From Caldilineales bacterium (GTDB lineage: Bacteria > Chloroflexota > Anaerolineae > Caldilineales > Caldilineaceae), in the NCBI GenBank assembly GCA_038318235.1, contig JBBQBY010000001.1:1-54854 (forward strand): a stretch of DNA of 54,854 bases, written 5' to 3'. The translations under genes were made by a program, and so were the position numbers. Positions within the stretch are counted from its first letter, which is position 1. Each line of letters starts with the position of its first letter. The notes beneath the pieces are model-generated. The model saw only the letters and a program-made list of their open reading frames with translations. It was not told the origin of the DNA and made no database searches. This document shows positions 41,962-51,853 of this stretch, piece after piece.

Positions 41962-42025
41962 CGAAGAAACCGGGTTTTTCGTGGTAGCATTAGCCTGTCT
42001 TACGCATAAAAAACCCGGTTTCTGG
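41962..42025. repeat. Mirrored double-hairpin element, third sequence family
   Basis: AGAAACCGGGTTTTT (41965-41979) and its complement AAAAAACCCGGTTTCT (about 42008-42023) are separated by about 28 nt. Each arm is self-complementary (AAACCGGGTTT). Confidence 0.6.
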
Positions 42026-42189
42026 CTGAACAGTTACGTTGATTTCTACATTTTGGCCTGTACGTATTTCACCCTGTTGTCGCCACCTGTTATAATCAAC
42101 GGGACGCAGTAATCTGCTTCTACAAATAAATAGCCTCTGAAACAATCAACCGCACACATTTTCATACCGTACCTTGGACCAGGAAAATC

Positions 42190-42528
42190 GTGTACAGACG
42201 CAAACTAAACCGAGCTTGGGAGACGTTGCGATCAATGCCGATGCCAGCCATCGCATCTGATCGATTGGTTGATTTGCATAATGACCTAACCGATTATGAC
42301 ACGACCATTGCGCAAGAAATGCGCGAATATTTACGTGGTAAGTCTATCGATCAACACAGAGTATATATTGATGAAGAGTTAGAAGAAGCGCTGCGGGCCT
42401 TCAAAGCTGAAAACGCAGCCGAAGTAGAATGCCGACGTGAACTATTACGTTATAAGCGCCGTGTCGATGATGTTGTGCGTGAATTATTGCGCATAAGCAT
42501 GGAAAGCGAAACGTCTACAACTCGCTGA
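42190..42528 (+). CDS. Hypothetical protein (charged, helical)
   Basis: 112-aa ORF with a GTG start. It is followed by a 16-bp perfect inverted repeat AATTTCCAACAAGTGA (42532-42547) / TCACTTGTTGGAAATT (42577-42592). No motif recognised. Confidence 0.45.
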   Translation: MYRRKLNRAWETLRSMPMPAIASDRLVDLHNDLTDYDTTIAQEMREYLRGKSIDQHRVYIDEELEEALRAFKAENAAEVECRRELLRYKRRVDDVVRELLRISMESETSTTR

Positions 42529-42794
42529 TCAAATTTCCAACAAGTGAACACTAACAGCAACCTTGCTCTTGGTATGTCACTTGTTGGAAATTCTCAGGTC
42601 TCTTCAACGCCCTCTATAATTGGCCGCCAGCGCTCTCTGTCTTCCACTTTGCAGACCGTTATTCTAGCAACGCAAAGCTGTTTTATCCTCCAAAGTGTAT
42701 AGAATCGACAGCCCTTGTCCGCCGATAAAACGCTGTAAGACTACGTGGCGACCCGCGCTCTGTAAGGATCGTGTATGGCTGTCTTGCGTCGAAA

Positions 42795-44135
42795 TCAGAA
42801 GGACAACTTTATATCGCGGACGATCAGATCGTCAACTGTTTCGCGCCGCTGAATCAGATGTGCTTCGTTCTGGCGCAACCAAACCACGGCTGGCTTGCAC
42901 GCGCCGTTATAATTGCTGCCCATGTTTAAGTGATAAGCGCCGCTAGCTGGCACCGCCAGCAATTCACCAATCTGGATGGCCGGCAAATCTAGGGCTTGGA
43001 TCAATACATCGCCACTTTCGCAATAGGGACCGCCTAACCAGGCTGGGCCACTATTTTCGCGTAGCGGTTGGCTAACCGGTAAGGCTGAATAGCGCGCCCC
43101 ATATAACGCCGGCCGTGGGTTGTCGGACATGCCACCATCGATCATCAGCCAGCGCCGCTGCGGTGTGTGTTTGATCGCACCTACACGATAGATGGCCACA
43201 CCTGCCCGCGCGGTTAAACTGCGCCCCGGCTCCACTTGTAAGCGTGGCAATGGCAGACCGCGTTGTTTACATCCCTCCGCCAGATGATAGGCAATAAAGG
43301 CTACGTACTGTTCAATCGCTGGGTGCGGCAGCTCATCCTCATGATAGGCTACCCCCCAACCGCCGCCCGGTGAGATCACTTGGGGCGCCCAACCAGTCTC
43401 GGCGCGCAATTCAACGATCAGATCAAGCACGGTCTCCAAGGCGGAACCGATCGGCTCTGGGTCATGAAAGTGGGAACCTTGATGAAAATGAATGCCGGTC
43501 AAGGGTAACTGGTGTTGCAAACAGAGCGCAACGGCTGTGCTGGCTTCGGCCACACTCATGCCAAATTTACTGTCCGCCTGGCCGGTCTGGCGATAGGCGT
43601 GGGTATCCACCGCCACCCCTGGCCGCATGCGCAACCACAACGTTGGCAGCGGTGGTTGCACGGTCTGGCGTAAGGCGACAATATGCCCCAACTCGGTCAG
43701 ATTATCGACAACAATCACCCCGCCGTACGCCAGGGCCGCCGACAGATCAACTGCACTTTTGTTCACCCCATGGACCAGAATACCTGTCCGTTCAACACCT
43801 GCGGCCGCGGCGATCCGCAACTCTCCCGCGCCTGTGCAGTCAAGCAGCAGCTTTTGTTGCTGAACCCATTGGGCGGCGGCGACACAGAGAAAGGCCTTAC
43901 CCGCATAGGTAATGCCAGACTCACCTGGATAATGCTTGGCTAATGCTTGGCGATACGTGGCAACCGCCGCATCCATCGATGCTTGATCATACACATATAG
44001 TGGCGTGCCGAAGCGCTCGGCCAACGCGGCTAGACTAAAACCAGCAATCGTTAAATGGGCCTCAGCCCCTACGCCCGCGATTTTTGTCGTGATTGGAAAG
44101 AGATCTAAACGTTGCGCATTCGGTTGAGTGGACAA
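42795..44135 (-). CDS. lysA: Diaminopimelate decarboxylase
   Basis: Fold-type III PLP decarboxylase motifs are present: YAGKAF (PLP Lys region), HFHQGSH, GGGWGVAY and CESGD. Confidence 0.88.
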   Translation of the reverse strand: MSTQPNAQRLDLFPITTKIAGVGAEAHLTIAGFSLAALAERFGTPLYVYDQASMDAAVATYRQALAKHYPGESGITYAGKAFLCVAAAQWVQQQKLLLDCTGAGELRIAAAAGVERTGILVHGVNKSAVDLSAALAYGGVIVVDNLTELGHIVALRQTVQPPLPTLWLRMRPGVAVDTHAYRQTGQADSKFGMSVAEASTAVALCLQHQLPLTGIHFHQGSHFHDPEPIGSALETVLDLIVELRAETGWAPQVISPGGGWGVAYHEDELPHPAIEQYVAFIAYHLAEGCKQRGLPLPRLQVEPGRSLTARAGVAIYRVGAIKHTPQRRWLMIDGGMSDNPRPALYGARYSALPVSQPLRENSGPAWLGGPYCESGDVLIQALDLPAIQIGELLAVPASGAYHLNMGSNYNGACKPAVVWLRQNEAHLIQRRETVDDLIVRDIKLSF

Positions 44136-44202
44136 ACTAACCTCGTGTTTTATCTGTGTTACGGAAAGGAAGAAGAGGAAGCTTTCAAAGCATGATGAGC
44201 AA

Positions 44203-44343
44203 GATTCGGGTCAACCGGATGTCAGGTGGTTGACCATCTTCCAGGAAGCAGCGGTGAAGATCAGGGACAAACCGGCGGTCGCTGCGCCGCTTCCTGGAAG
44301 ATTTTGGCGAGGTTATCCCTGAGAGCCAGTTGAGCCCAAAATC
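44203..44343. repeat. CTTCCWGGAAG-core palindromic element, copy C
   Basis: GATTCGGGTCAACCGG...CTTCCAGGAAG (44238-44248)...CTTCCTGGAAG (44290-44300) ATTTTGGCGA...CCAGTTGAGCCCAAAATC. The termini are mutually complementary. Confidence 0.7.
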
Positions 44344-44697
44344 CCAGCGAATGGAATCTGCACCCTAATGATGCTGCGCCCAGCCCCGCTGTACATGCCA
44401 ACGCAAACTGTGCGACAAGGCCATTAGATCACCAGTCAACATTCGTCGATAAATGTAGCGCAGTGATCTCGCCCAAAAAATAGAAAACGGCCTTCTATCT
44501 GGGCGCGCAAGCAGTGTCTCGCCCAGGTAGAAGGCCAGCAATAAGGATGGCAACGGCCATTATTAACAAACCGTCCACCGCCTAAGCTAAAGAAAAAAAC
44601 GGTAATCACCGCATAGACAACACCTTGCCGGTCATTGCGGATTGGGGTTTGTAGAATTAAGCTCGATTGAATTCTGGGCTTATAACATTAACCGTGC

Positions 44698-44808
44698 TTA
44701 GCGGGGTATAAAGGCAACCGAAATCATCCCAAAGAGCATGGTCAGGATGAGCAATAAGCTTAGTATGTAAAAAATCTTCTCTCGACGGCTATGTTTCTTG
44801 AAGTTCAT
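44698..44808 (-). CDS. Possible 36-aa single-TM small protein
   Basis: MNFKKHSRREKIFYILSLLLILTMLFGMISVAFIPR has a basic N-terminus followed by one hydrophobic helix. An AAGGA lies about 9 nt upstream. It is below the ORF-track cutoff and found by manual translation. Confidence 0.3.
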   Translation of the reverse strand: MNFKKHSRREKIFYILSLLLILTMLFGMISVAFIPR

Positions 44809-45007
44809 TCTCAATATCCTTGTATTCAATTCATCACATACGGTAGCATGAATGCTATTGATCGATTCTGCCTATTCAACTTCTGGCCGCATGCACAACC
44901 AACCTGTACGATAACCCTGGCAAAGACAGTGGCCAGATCCAGGTAAATTATAGCATAAAACTTCGTTAATTTGGAAACGCTAAAGCTCAAATGATACACT
45001 GGCGCGT

Positions 45008-45409
45008 ATGACACGTACACAAACCCTGGGGTGGTCGATTTTCTTGTTAATTGTGGGTGGTGGAATTGTGGCCTATGTGCTGCAGAACATCCCGCCAACC
45101 ACGCCAGATGGACAGAGGAATCTGCCCCTCATTGTTCTTTTTATCCTCGCGCTGGCCAGTCTAAGCACTGGGCTGGGAGCGCTTGGCGCTTTAGCCTTGC
45201 ATAAGCGTTGGCCGGCATTAGGTGGTCAGCGGCGTTATACACCGCCAAAACCAGAGATCGCGCTACGTCAGGGTGTGTTGCTCGGCGTGTTGCTCACGGC
45301 TGTTGCGATCTTTGCCTTGCTGCGCACTTTGGATATCACGTTTATTTTGGTCACGCTGCTGCTGCTTGGCTTGGTCGAAGCTTATCTGCAAAATCGCCAA
45401 GCGCGCTAG
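45008..45409 (+). CDS. Hypothetical integral membrane protein (3 TM)
   Basis: 133-aa product with three clear hydrophobic helices. No recognisable motif. Confidence 0.6.
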   Translation: MTRTQTLGWSIFLLIVGGGIVAYVLQNIPPTTPDGQRNLPLIVLFILALASLSTGLGALGALALHKRWPALGGQRRYTPPKPEIALRQGVLLGVLLTAVAIFALLRTLDITFILVTLLLLGLVEAYLQNRQAR

Positions 45410-45515
45410 AAATTATTCATCACACATCTTGATCGTCGCCCGGCTTGTTGCTACTGTATACTACGCGTGATCTGCGCCGCTATCGTCATTGTTCGTCTAG
45501 AAAAGGAATTTCTTC

Positions 45516-46532
45516 ATGCCGGATATTTTAAACGCCATTCAGCAATTTATGGTTGAATCACCAACTGGTTCTGCTCTGGCGGACGGCTATCAATGTGTCA
45601 GCGCTCGCCGCATCGCTGCTCAGTATTACCCGCAGGTTGATTTGGGTTTACCTTTGTTGATTACCCCGCTTGATGGATTGGCGACGCCGCTAAAGCTGGT
45701 TTTGCTCAACGCTTATCCGGTGGACCATCCAGTCACAATTTTTTCCAGCGAAAATCGTCCGACGCAAAACTATACGGCTATTGAACTTGGCGCATTGGAT
45801 CAAGCAACTGGGCTTACCCTAAACTCAATTGTCTATATACCGCCCCTACACCCGGCTAGTTTCAGCGCACTTCAGGCCATTGTTGCGCATCTGCGCGCCC
45901 CCGAAGGCTGCCCCTGGGACCGGGCGCAAACTTTGTTCAGTATGCGGCACGATCTGTTAGGCGAATGCGCGGAAGTGTTAGAAGCAATTGATGCCGAAGC
46001 CAGTGGCCAGAACAACAGCCCGCATATTGCGGAGGAGTTAGGCGATCTATTAATGGCGGCTGTCCTCATGATCCAGATTGCCAGCGAAGAAAAGCGCTTT
46101 CAAATGGCCGATGTGATCAATGGCGTGGTCACCAAATTGATCCGGCGGCATCCGCACGTTTTTGGCGATACGACTGTGGATGGCGTCCAAAGTGTGCTCA
46201 CCAATTGGGATGCGATTAAAGCGCAGGAAAAATTGGCCAAGGGCCAGACCCAACGTGATCCGCTTGATGGGGTGCCTGCCGGTTTGCCGGCTTTAGAAAA
46301 AGCACGCCAACTCCAATCGAAAGCGGCCAAGGCTGGTCTGCTCGATCGCGCAGCCCTCGGCCAAATCACCCCAGAACTTGCTCCGTTGCTTGGCTCAGCA
46401 CCTGACGAAGCACGGCTCGGTGAAATTTTATGGCAACTGGTTGCCTTAGCGCACACCTTTGACTTGAATCCAGAAGACGCACTGCGCAATTATGTTGTAC
46501 AGTTTCGGCAAGCGGAGCGAGTGAGAGAATAG
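45516..46532 (+). CDS. mazG: MazG-family nucleoside triphosphate pyrophosphohydrolase with an N-terminal extension (YabN-like remnant?)
   Basis: APEGCPWDRAQT...ECAEVLEAI...EELGDLLM...RRHPHVFG is the MazG EXXE12-28EXXD-type core. It is preceded by about 115 aa of unassigned sequence. Confidence 0.85.
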   Translation: MPDILNAIQQFMVESPTGSALADGYQCVSARRIAAQYYPQVDLGLPLLITPLDGLATPLKLVLLNAYPVDHPVTIFSSENRPTQNYTAIELGALDQATGLTLNSIVYIPPLHPASFSALQAIVAHLRAPEGCPWDRAQTLFSMRHDLLGECAEVLEAIDAEASGQNNSPHIAEELGDLLMAAVLMIQIASEEKRFQMADVINGVVTKLIRRHPHVFGDTTVDGVQSVLTNWDAIKAQEKLAKGQTQRDPLDGVPAGLPALEKARQLQSKAAKAGLLDRAALGQITPELAPLLGSAPDEARLGEILWQLVALAHTFDLNPEDALRNYVVQFRQAERVRE

Positions 46533-46557
46533 GCATGAGCACCCGCCTAATTTCTCA

Positions 46558-48678
46558 CTATTCATTTGGCGGAATGACGAGTTCTACACCCAAGACTAAA
46601 TTATTCGGATCATCGCCAATCTTGCCACGGTTTGCCGCGTAGATTCGGGTCCATAGCGCAGAATTTCCATAGTAGCGCAGCGCGATCGTGCTTAAGGTCT
46701 CACCTTGCGCGATCTGATGCAGCATGGGCGTCGGGCTCTCGTTCGGGGTTAGTGTGGCGGTGGGCTGTAGAATGAGCGCATTGGCGTTGGTTGGCAAGGG
46801 CGTTGATGTTTCGGTTGGGGTCGCGCTTGGGATCAAGATCAGTTGCCGCGTTGGTGACTGGGCTGCTGGCGTGACAAGTGACGCCGTGGGCGTCGCGGAT
46901 GGCGGCAGCCTTGTTGCAACCGGCAAAGTTGTGGGTGTTTTGAGCGCCACGGTGCTGGTTAGTGCCTGGGTGGGTGCCGGTCCAACGCTAGGCCATAGCT
47001 CAAGCGGGTAGGGAAAAGCATCGTCAAACCATTTGTGGTAGAGCGTCGCATAGGTGCCATCGAGTTGCATGGCCTGCAAAGTGGCATTGACCTGATCGCG
47101 AAAGGCGCTATCAAAGCGCGGCACCCCAATCCCATAGGGCTCCTGCGTGAAAGGTGTACCGACGATGACTAAAGCCGGATTCGCTTTGGCAAACTGCGCC
47201 AGCGCCATGCTATCCGTCGTCAAGACATCCACCTGGCCCGCTTTGAGCGCTTCTAGGGCCGAGGGATACTCCTGAAAAGGCAGCACGGTAATTTTGATCC
47301 CACGCTCTTTGCTGATCGCCACAATATTTTCAAGCGCCGTTGAGCCAGCCACCGCCGCCACCGTTTTACCCTCTAACCCCTTTAGATCCTCAATGCCACT
47401 CGCTTTCTGGACTAGCAAACTTTGTCCATCCAAAAAGTAAGTTTCACTAAAATCGATCAGATCATCCCGCTGCTGCGTGTGAGTCATCGAAGCCAGCACC
47501 AGATCAACCGCTCCGCTCGATAAAAAGGGAATTCGGGTGTCCGAGAGGACCGGCACTAATTCAACCGCGTCTGCATTGCCCAACCAACGCTTGGCAAATT
47601 CGTGGGCGATATCGACATCAAAACCTTGGACCTTGCCCTGCGCATCCACCGACCCAAAGGGTGGAAAATCATATTTGACGCCGGCCAATAATTTGCCGCG
47701 CGTTTGAATCAAGGCCAGCCGAGTTTGGGCTGGCTTATCCAGCAGGGTTGGTGATGTCGCAAACGTATAGGGCCATTGTCCCGGTAAGATTTCAATTGGG
47801 TAGGGGTGGGCGTCTGGAAACCACTTCGCATAGATAATGTCATAGGCACCGTTAGCTTTTAGGGTCTGTAACGTGAAATTGATTAGATCGCGAAAATAAG
47901 AATCGTCCGCCTGCATGCCAATACCATATTGTTCTGTGCTGAAAAATTCACCGACAACATGCAACCCTGGATTGTTCTGGGCCGCGCGTGACAGATAAGC
48001 GTTGTCGGTTGTCAAGGCATCCACCTGGCCAGCCTTGAGGGCGGCCAACGCAGGCGGGTATTCTTGAAACGGTAACACAGAAACTTTTAGATTGTTTTTT
48101 TGCACCAACTCGCGGATGTTGTCTAGGGATGTAGACCCTTGAATTGCGGCCACAGTTTTACCATCCAGGCTATCTATGTCCGTAATGCCCGCCGCGGCTC
48201 GTACTAATAAACGTTGTCCATCCAGATAATATGTCTGGCTAAAATCGACCATTGCTTCCCGTTCTTTGGTGTGCGTCAAGGAGGCCGCAATTAGATCAAC
48301 CGCGCCATTGGCCAGAAATTGTAGCCGATTCGACGAATTGACCTGGACAAACTGCACCTTAACCCCCCATAGATCCGCAATGGCGCGCACTAGATCGACA
48401 TCAAAACCAACAAGGTTGCTGCTGTTGTCAATAAAACCAAAGGGTTCAAAATCGTATTTCACGCCTGCGATCAACGTATTGCCGCGGTCACGAATCCGTT
48501 GGATTGCAGAATGGGGAATGGCTGGCGTGGTCGTCTGTGGGGGAGGGGTTGCGGTTAAGCGTTGGGCCGAGGTGCTTGTCGGGATCAGCGAAGCGACCCC
48601 CAGCAGAATAACTGCGACGAAAAATAAAGTGAGTTGGAAGCCGCTGGCTCCCTGATTACCGCGACGACGAATATACAT
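46558..48678 (-). CDS. Secreted/anchored protein with two tandem amino-acid-type (SBP_bac_3) solute-binding domains, a Pro/Thr-rich linker and C-terminal LysM
   Basis: It has an N-terminal hydrophobic anchor. Two about 260-aa repeats are each like polar amino-acid SBPs (GVKYDF.PFGF...GFDVD...A.MT.T..R...DFS..Y). The LysM reads HQIAQGETLSTIALRYYGNSALWTRIYAANR...LGVELVIP. Confidence 0.8.
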   Translation of the reverse strand: MYIRRRGNQGASGFQLTLFFVAVILLGVASLIPTSTSAQRLTATPPPQTTTPAIPHSAIQRIRDRGNTLIAGVKYDFEPFGFIDNSSNLVGFDVDLVRAIADLWGVKVQFVQVNSSNRLQFLANGAVDLIAASLTHTKEREAMVDFSQTYYLDGQRLLVRAAAGITDIDSLDGKTVAAIQGSTSLDNIRELVQKNNLKVSVLPFQEYPPALAALKAGQVDALTTDNAYLSRAAQNNPGLHVVGEFFSTEQYGIGMQADDSYFRDLINFTLQTLKANGAYDIIYAKWFPDAHPYPIEILPGQWPYTFATSPTLLDKPAQTRLALIQTRGKLLAGVKYDFPPFGSVDAQGKVQGFDVDIAHEFAKRWLGNADAVELVPVLSDTRIPFLSSGAVDLVLASMTHTQQRDDLIDFSETYFLDGQSLLVQKASGIEDLKGLEGKTVAAVAGSTALENIVAISKERGIKITVLPFQEYPSALEALKAGQVDVLTTDSMALAQFAKANPALVIVGTPFTQEPYGIGVPRFDSAFRDQVNATLQAMQLDGTYATLYHKWFDDAFPYPLELWPSVGPAPTQALTSTVALKTPTTLPVATRLPPSATPTASLVTPAAQSPTRQLILIPSATPTETSTPLPTNANALILQPTATLTPNESPTPMLHQIAQGETLSTIALRYYGNSALWTRIYAANRGKIGDDPNNLVLGVELVIPPNE

Positions 48679-48805
48679 GTAAAATCCTGGATCTATAGCT
48701 GACGATGTAGATGATCGGGCTGCCCTAGCATGAATGTATCAGTTTATCATAGGTCAGCCCGATCAATCAACGAAGCTGCCGATGGCAGATCTGCCTCTAG
48801 TTTTG

Positions 48806-50395
48806 TCATTGGGTCCAGGCAATCGTGGCTTGATTGATCTCGGCCACGAGGTGTGCTTGATCTTGCAAGTCAGTCACCCACAAATAAAGAATCGGTGCCT
48901 CCTTTTTAGCGCTGCCTGTGACATAGGCCAGCTGATTACTGCTAGGTGACCAAGCAAAGCTTAAACTAGTCGCCTTGGGTAATGGAATTTGATGGCCGCC
49001 ATCGCTGTCAGTGACCCATAAATTTGACGTGCCACCGTTACTGTTTTTGTCTGAGAAAAAGGCAATTTTCTGCCCATCAAACGACCAGGACGGTGACCAT
49101 CCATGGCCCTTGGTTAATTGTTGTAAATCGCCCCCGTGGTTATCAAGGGTAAAAATTCCTTCCCGAGAAGTAACGGCCACCCGTTTCCCATCAGGCGACC
49201 AAGCAGGATCCCAACTGTCAAAAGGCGTAAACAACCGCAGCTTATGCTGGCTAGGATTAAATTGATAGATTTGGCTGGCATTGCCTAGATAAGCATCAAA
49301 TAGAATTGTCTGGCCATCTGGCGCCCAGTCGAAATTCTTGGCAAAGCCTAAATTGGCGTTGGGTGGATCGTAAAAATGCTCATCGCTTACATCAAAAATT
49401 CGTAAAATGGTTTGCGAATCCGGCCCTGCCAAAAAGGCAATCAGCTTGCCATTGGGTGACCAAACTGGCGTAGATTTAGGCTGTGAATCCTTGGTCACCT
49501 GGCGCAGATGGTCACCGTCTACACCAGAAACAAAAATCTGTGAGGCATGCGCTTCCCCAGAAACATAGGCGATTTGCTGGCCATCTGGTGATGCAGACGG
49601 TGACCAGCCTGTAAGCCCCAGATCAATTTGATGCGTACCATCCGCCTGCGACGCATAGACCATCTGATGGCTGTCTTGCTCCACAGAAAAAAGTAAGTGA
49701 TCCGCCTCTAACCGTTTAGCAATTGGCGCGTTGCCCGAAAAATTGAGCGCCTTACTGATCACGGGCAAACCTATTCCGAATTGGAGCAGCACGATGGCCA
49801 GCAAAATGACAAAGCAAAGCGCCACACTCAAAGCAAGGCGTGGGGAGAATTTGAACGATGGCGATGCTTTCGTGACCTGCACCATCAGATTGAGCCGGGC
49901 GCGCACCCCATCCATATCAATATCAACCCAGGCATGATGGGTCTGCGCCAACGCCAACTTGTGCAGATCGGCCGTAATATCAAACAACACCGGCAGTGGT
50001 TTACCCTCAACAATTGGTCGCCCATTCCCGATTTGAAACCAGGGCTGATGTTCCTCATAGACAAATTCAATGGTTTTTGCTGGCCCACCTAAATTGTCCA
50101 CCTGAAAACTCCGCACAACTTTAGCTCTGCCATTCACAATGCCAAAATCGAGCCAGAGTGGATCTGTTACCGGTCTAGGCGCCCCCAACTTTGCTTCGGA
50201 TTCTGTTTCCGTCCGGTTGGACAAGACACTATAAGCTTCGTTGATCTCTTTTAGCTTTTCTTCGGCATAAACTTTATCGATTGGGTTCATAAACCGATCG
50301 GGGTGGTAAATGCGGACGAGTTGCTTATACTGAGAGCGGATCTCTTCGTGCGTAGCCGTGACCGGAACTTCTAGCACCCCATAATATTTTTTCAT
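48806..50395 (-). CDS. J-domain protein with a central TM helix and an extracytoplasmic TolB-like (PD40) beta-propeller
   Basis: J domain YYGVLEVPVTATHEEIRSQYKQLVRIYHPDRF carries the HPD motif. The TM helix is LALSVALCFVILLAIVLLQF. Six WSPDG-type PD40 repeats follow (WSPSASPDGQQIAY, WSPNGKLIAF, WAPDGQTILF, WSPDGKRVAV, WSFDGQKIAF, WSPSSNQLAY). Confidence 0.85.
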   Translation of the reverse strand: MKKYYGVLEVPVTATHEEIRSQYKQLVRIYHPDRFMNPIDKVYAEEKLKEINEAYSVLSNRTETESEAKLGAPRPVTDPLWLDFGIVNGRAKVVRSFQVDNLGGPAKTIEFVYEEHQPWFQIGNGRPIVEGKPLPVLFDITADLHKLALAQTHHAWVDIDMDGVRARLNLMVQVTKASPSFKFSPRLALSVALCFVILLAIVLLQFGIGLPVISKALNFSGNAPIAKRLEADHLLFSVEQDSHQMVYASQADGTHQIDLGLTGWSPSASPDGQQIAYVSGEAHASQIFVSGVDGDHLRQVTKDSQPKSTPVWSPNGKLIAFLAGPDSQTILRIFDVSDEHFYDPPNANLGFAKNFDWAPDGQTILFDAYLGNASQIYQFNPSQHKLRLFTPFDSWDPAWSPDGKRVAVTSREGIFTLDNHGGDLQQLTKGHGWSPSWSFDGQKIAFFSDKNSNGGTSNLWVTDSDGGHQIPLPKATSLSFAWSPSSNQLAYVTGSAKKEAPILYLWVTDLQDQAHLVAEINQATIAWTQ

Positions 50396-50772
50396 CCAGC
50401 AGAACCTTTACCACAATTTATCGGGGCGAATATGAATAATAATGGAATAGACTATGATATCGTTTAGAAATATCGTTTAGACTAAATTTTGATTTTAGAT
50501 AATTTTCGCATACCTTAGATGATTTACAACTTACATATTGCTGACATGTTTTTGCAGAGGGTCGCGTCTAACGCACAAGCTATCATTTTCGTAATGCAGG
50601 TTATGCGGATATTCAGTGAATCCATAGTTCGCTAAATATTCGCATATATGATAACACATGAGCAAGCAGAAAATGTAAGTAATTTGTTGTAAAGTCAATC
50701 ATCAATTTATCTATAATGAAGGCCAGAATAAATGTAAGTTAAGCGCTTATTTGGATCTATACGCCAAAATTG

Positions 50773-50802
50773 TTGGACGAAATTCAACCATAATGATACA
50801 AT
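50773..50802 (+). promoter_or_regulatory. Candidate promoter TTGGAC-18-TACAAT for tRNA-Arg
   Basis: TTGGAC at 50773-50778 and TACAAT at 50797-50802. The tRNA 5' end is at 50813. Confidence 0.4.
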
Positions 50803-50812
50803 ATGGTTGTAG

Positions 50813-50885
<73 letters not shown>

Positions 50886-50951
50886 CTAATTCTGCACGGC
50901 CATCATCAATAAAGGCGCCTACTGGCTTCTTTTGCTTCACGTTATTGTAAC

Positions 50952-51003
50952 TTTTACTTGTTGAACATAAATAGCAAACACCCGCAGGTTTATTCAGCCT
51001 GTG
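50952..51003. terminator. 18-bp stem-loop downstream of the tRNA
   Basis: ATAGCAAACACCCGCAGG-tttattcag-CCTGTGGGTGTTTGCTAT (coordinates approximate). Confidence 0.45.
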
Positions 51004-51265
51004 GGTGTTTGCTATAAGGCCTCGCCGCCTCACTTTATTAGTCGCTATTCAGACCCTCGATCCTTCGCTCCGCCTCGTGCTGTAACAAAAAAATAGGTAA
51101 TTTGGCGTAGATGTTGGCGTGACAGCCAGTCGCTTAGGCTACACCGTAGCCTAAGCAAGCCATAGCACGAAGCACACGGCATAGGCCTCGCCCTGGGCTC
51201 TCTGTTTTTGTATAGGGTTGTTACGGCAACGCGCCTTTGAAAGGGTTGCTACTCTAGCAAGCGGT

Positions 51266-51373
51266 CTATGGATAAACCAATCGATAGACAACACCGCCTA
51301 GGACTAAGCCATTGATGAAAATCCACGGAATTAGCCAGCGGCCTTCTTTAAACAACCCGCGCCAGTTCCACAT
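51266..51373 (-). CDS. Possible 35-aa small membrane protein
   Basis: MWNWRGLFKEGRWLIPWIFINGLVLGGVVYRLVYP. A GGAGG lies 6 nt upstream of the ATG. It is below the ORF-track cutoff and found by manual translation. Confidence 0.4.
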   Translation of the reverse strand: MWNWRGLFKEGRWLIPWIFINGLVLGGVVYRLVYP

Positions 51374-51462
51374 GTCAACCTCCTAAATGCCTATTTGAGA
51401 TCCAGAAATGCCAGTCGAAGCTAAAATAAAAAGAGGAAAACTACGTAAGTACTGAAAGCGTC

Positions 51463-51507
51463 GATGTTATGTAAAGATGTTATGTAAAGATGTTATGTAA
51501 AGATGTA
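51463..51507. repeat. Tandem 13-bp repeat GATGTTATGTAAA x3.5
   Basis: Perfect copies at 51463-51475, 51476-51488 and 51489-51501, plus a partial copy. It lies about 90-130 nt upstream of the small minus-strand ORF. Confidence 0.85.
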
Positions 51508-51713
51508 TTTTGCCGATAGCATAGAGAAAAAATACTGGTTTATGACCAAACGCTTGTTGCTACGCCATCTGTTATATGTACGCTGCGATGACAGATAGAT
51601 TATAACATATGATCGCCTGTTTTTTATCGGCAATTCTACTGAATTTACTGGAACGTAAGCTTGTAGATGCTGCAAGCTGTAGATTGTAAGGCAATCACGA
51701 ACTTTTGACCTAT

Positions 51714-51853
51714 TATACGTATGTCAGAATGAAAACCGAAGTTTAAGGAACCAACCTTCCAGGAAGCGGTCACCAGTAGCCTCGTTAACCCTAGACGGCC
51801 TGACTGCTGCCTGGAAGGTTAGAACCTCCGCTGCTCAACTTGATTTCAGTATA
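51714..51853. repeat. CTTCCWGGAAG-core palindromic element, copy D
   Basis: TATACG..GTCAGAATGAAAACCGAAG...CTTCCAGGAAG...GCCTGGAAGG...CTCAACTTGATTTCAGTATA. The termini are nearly identical to copy A. Confidence 0.75.

Noticed and set aside
44365-45098. ORFs 44365-44553 (-) and 44826-45098 (-) in the lysA-upstream gap
   Set aside because: They have no RBS and unconvincing composition. The second overlaps the start of the better-supported plus-strand membrane protein gene at 45008.
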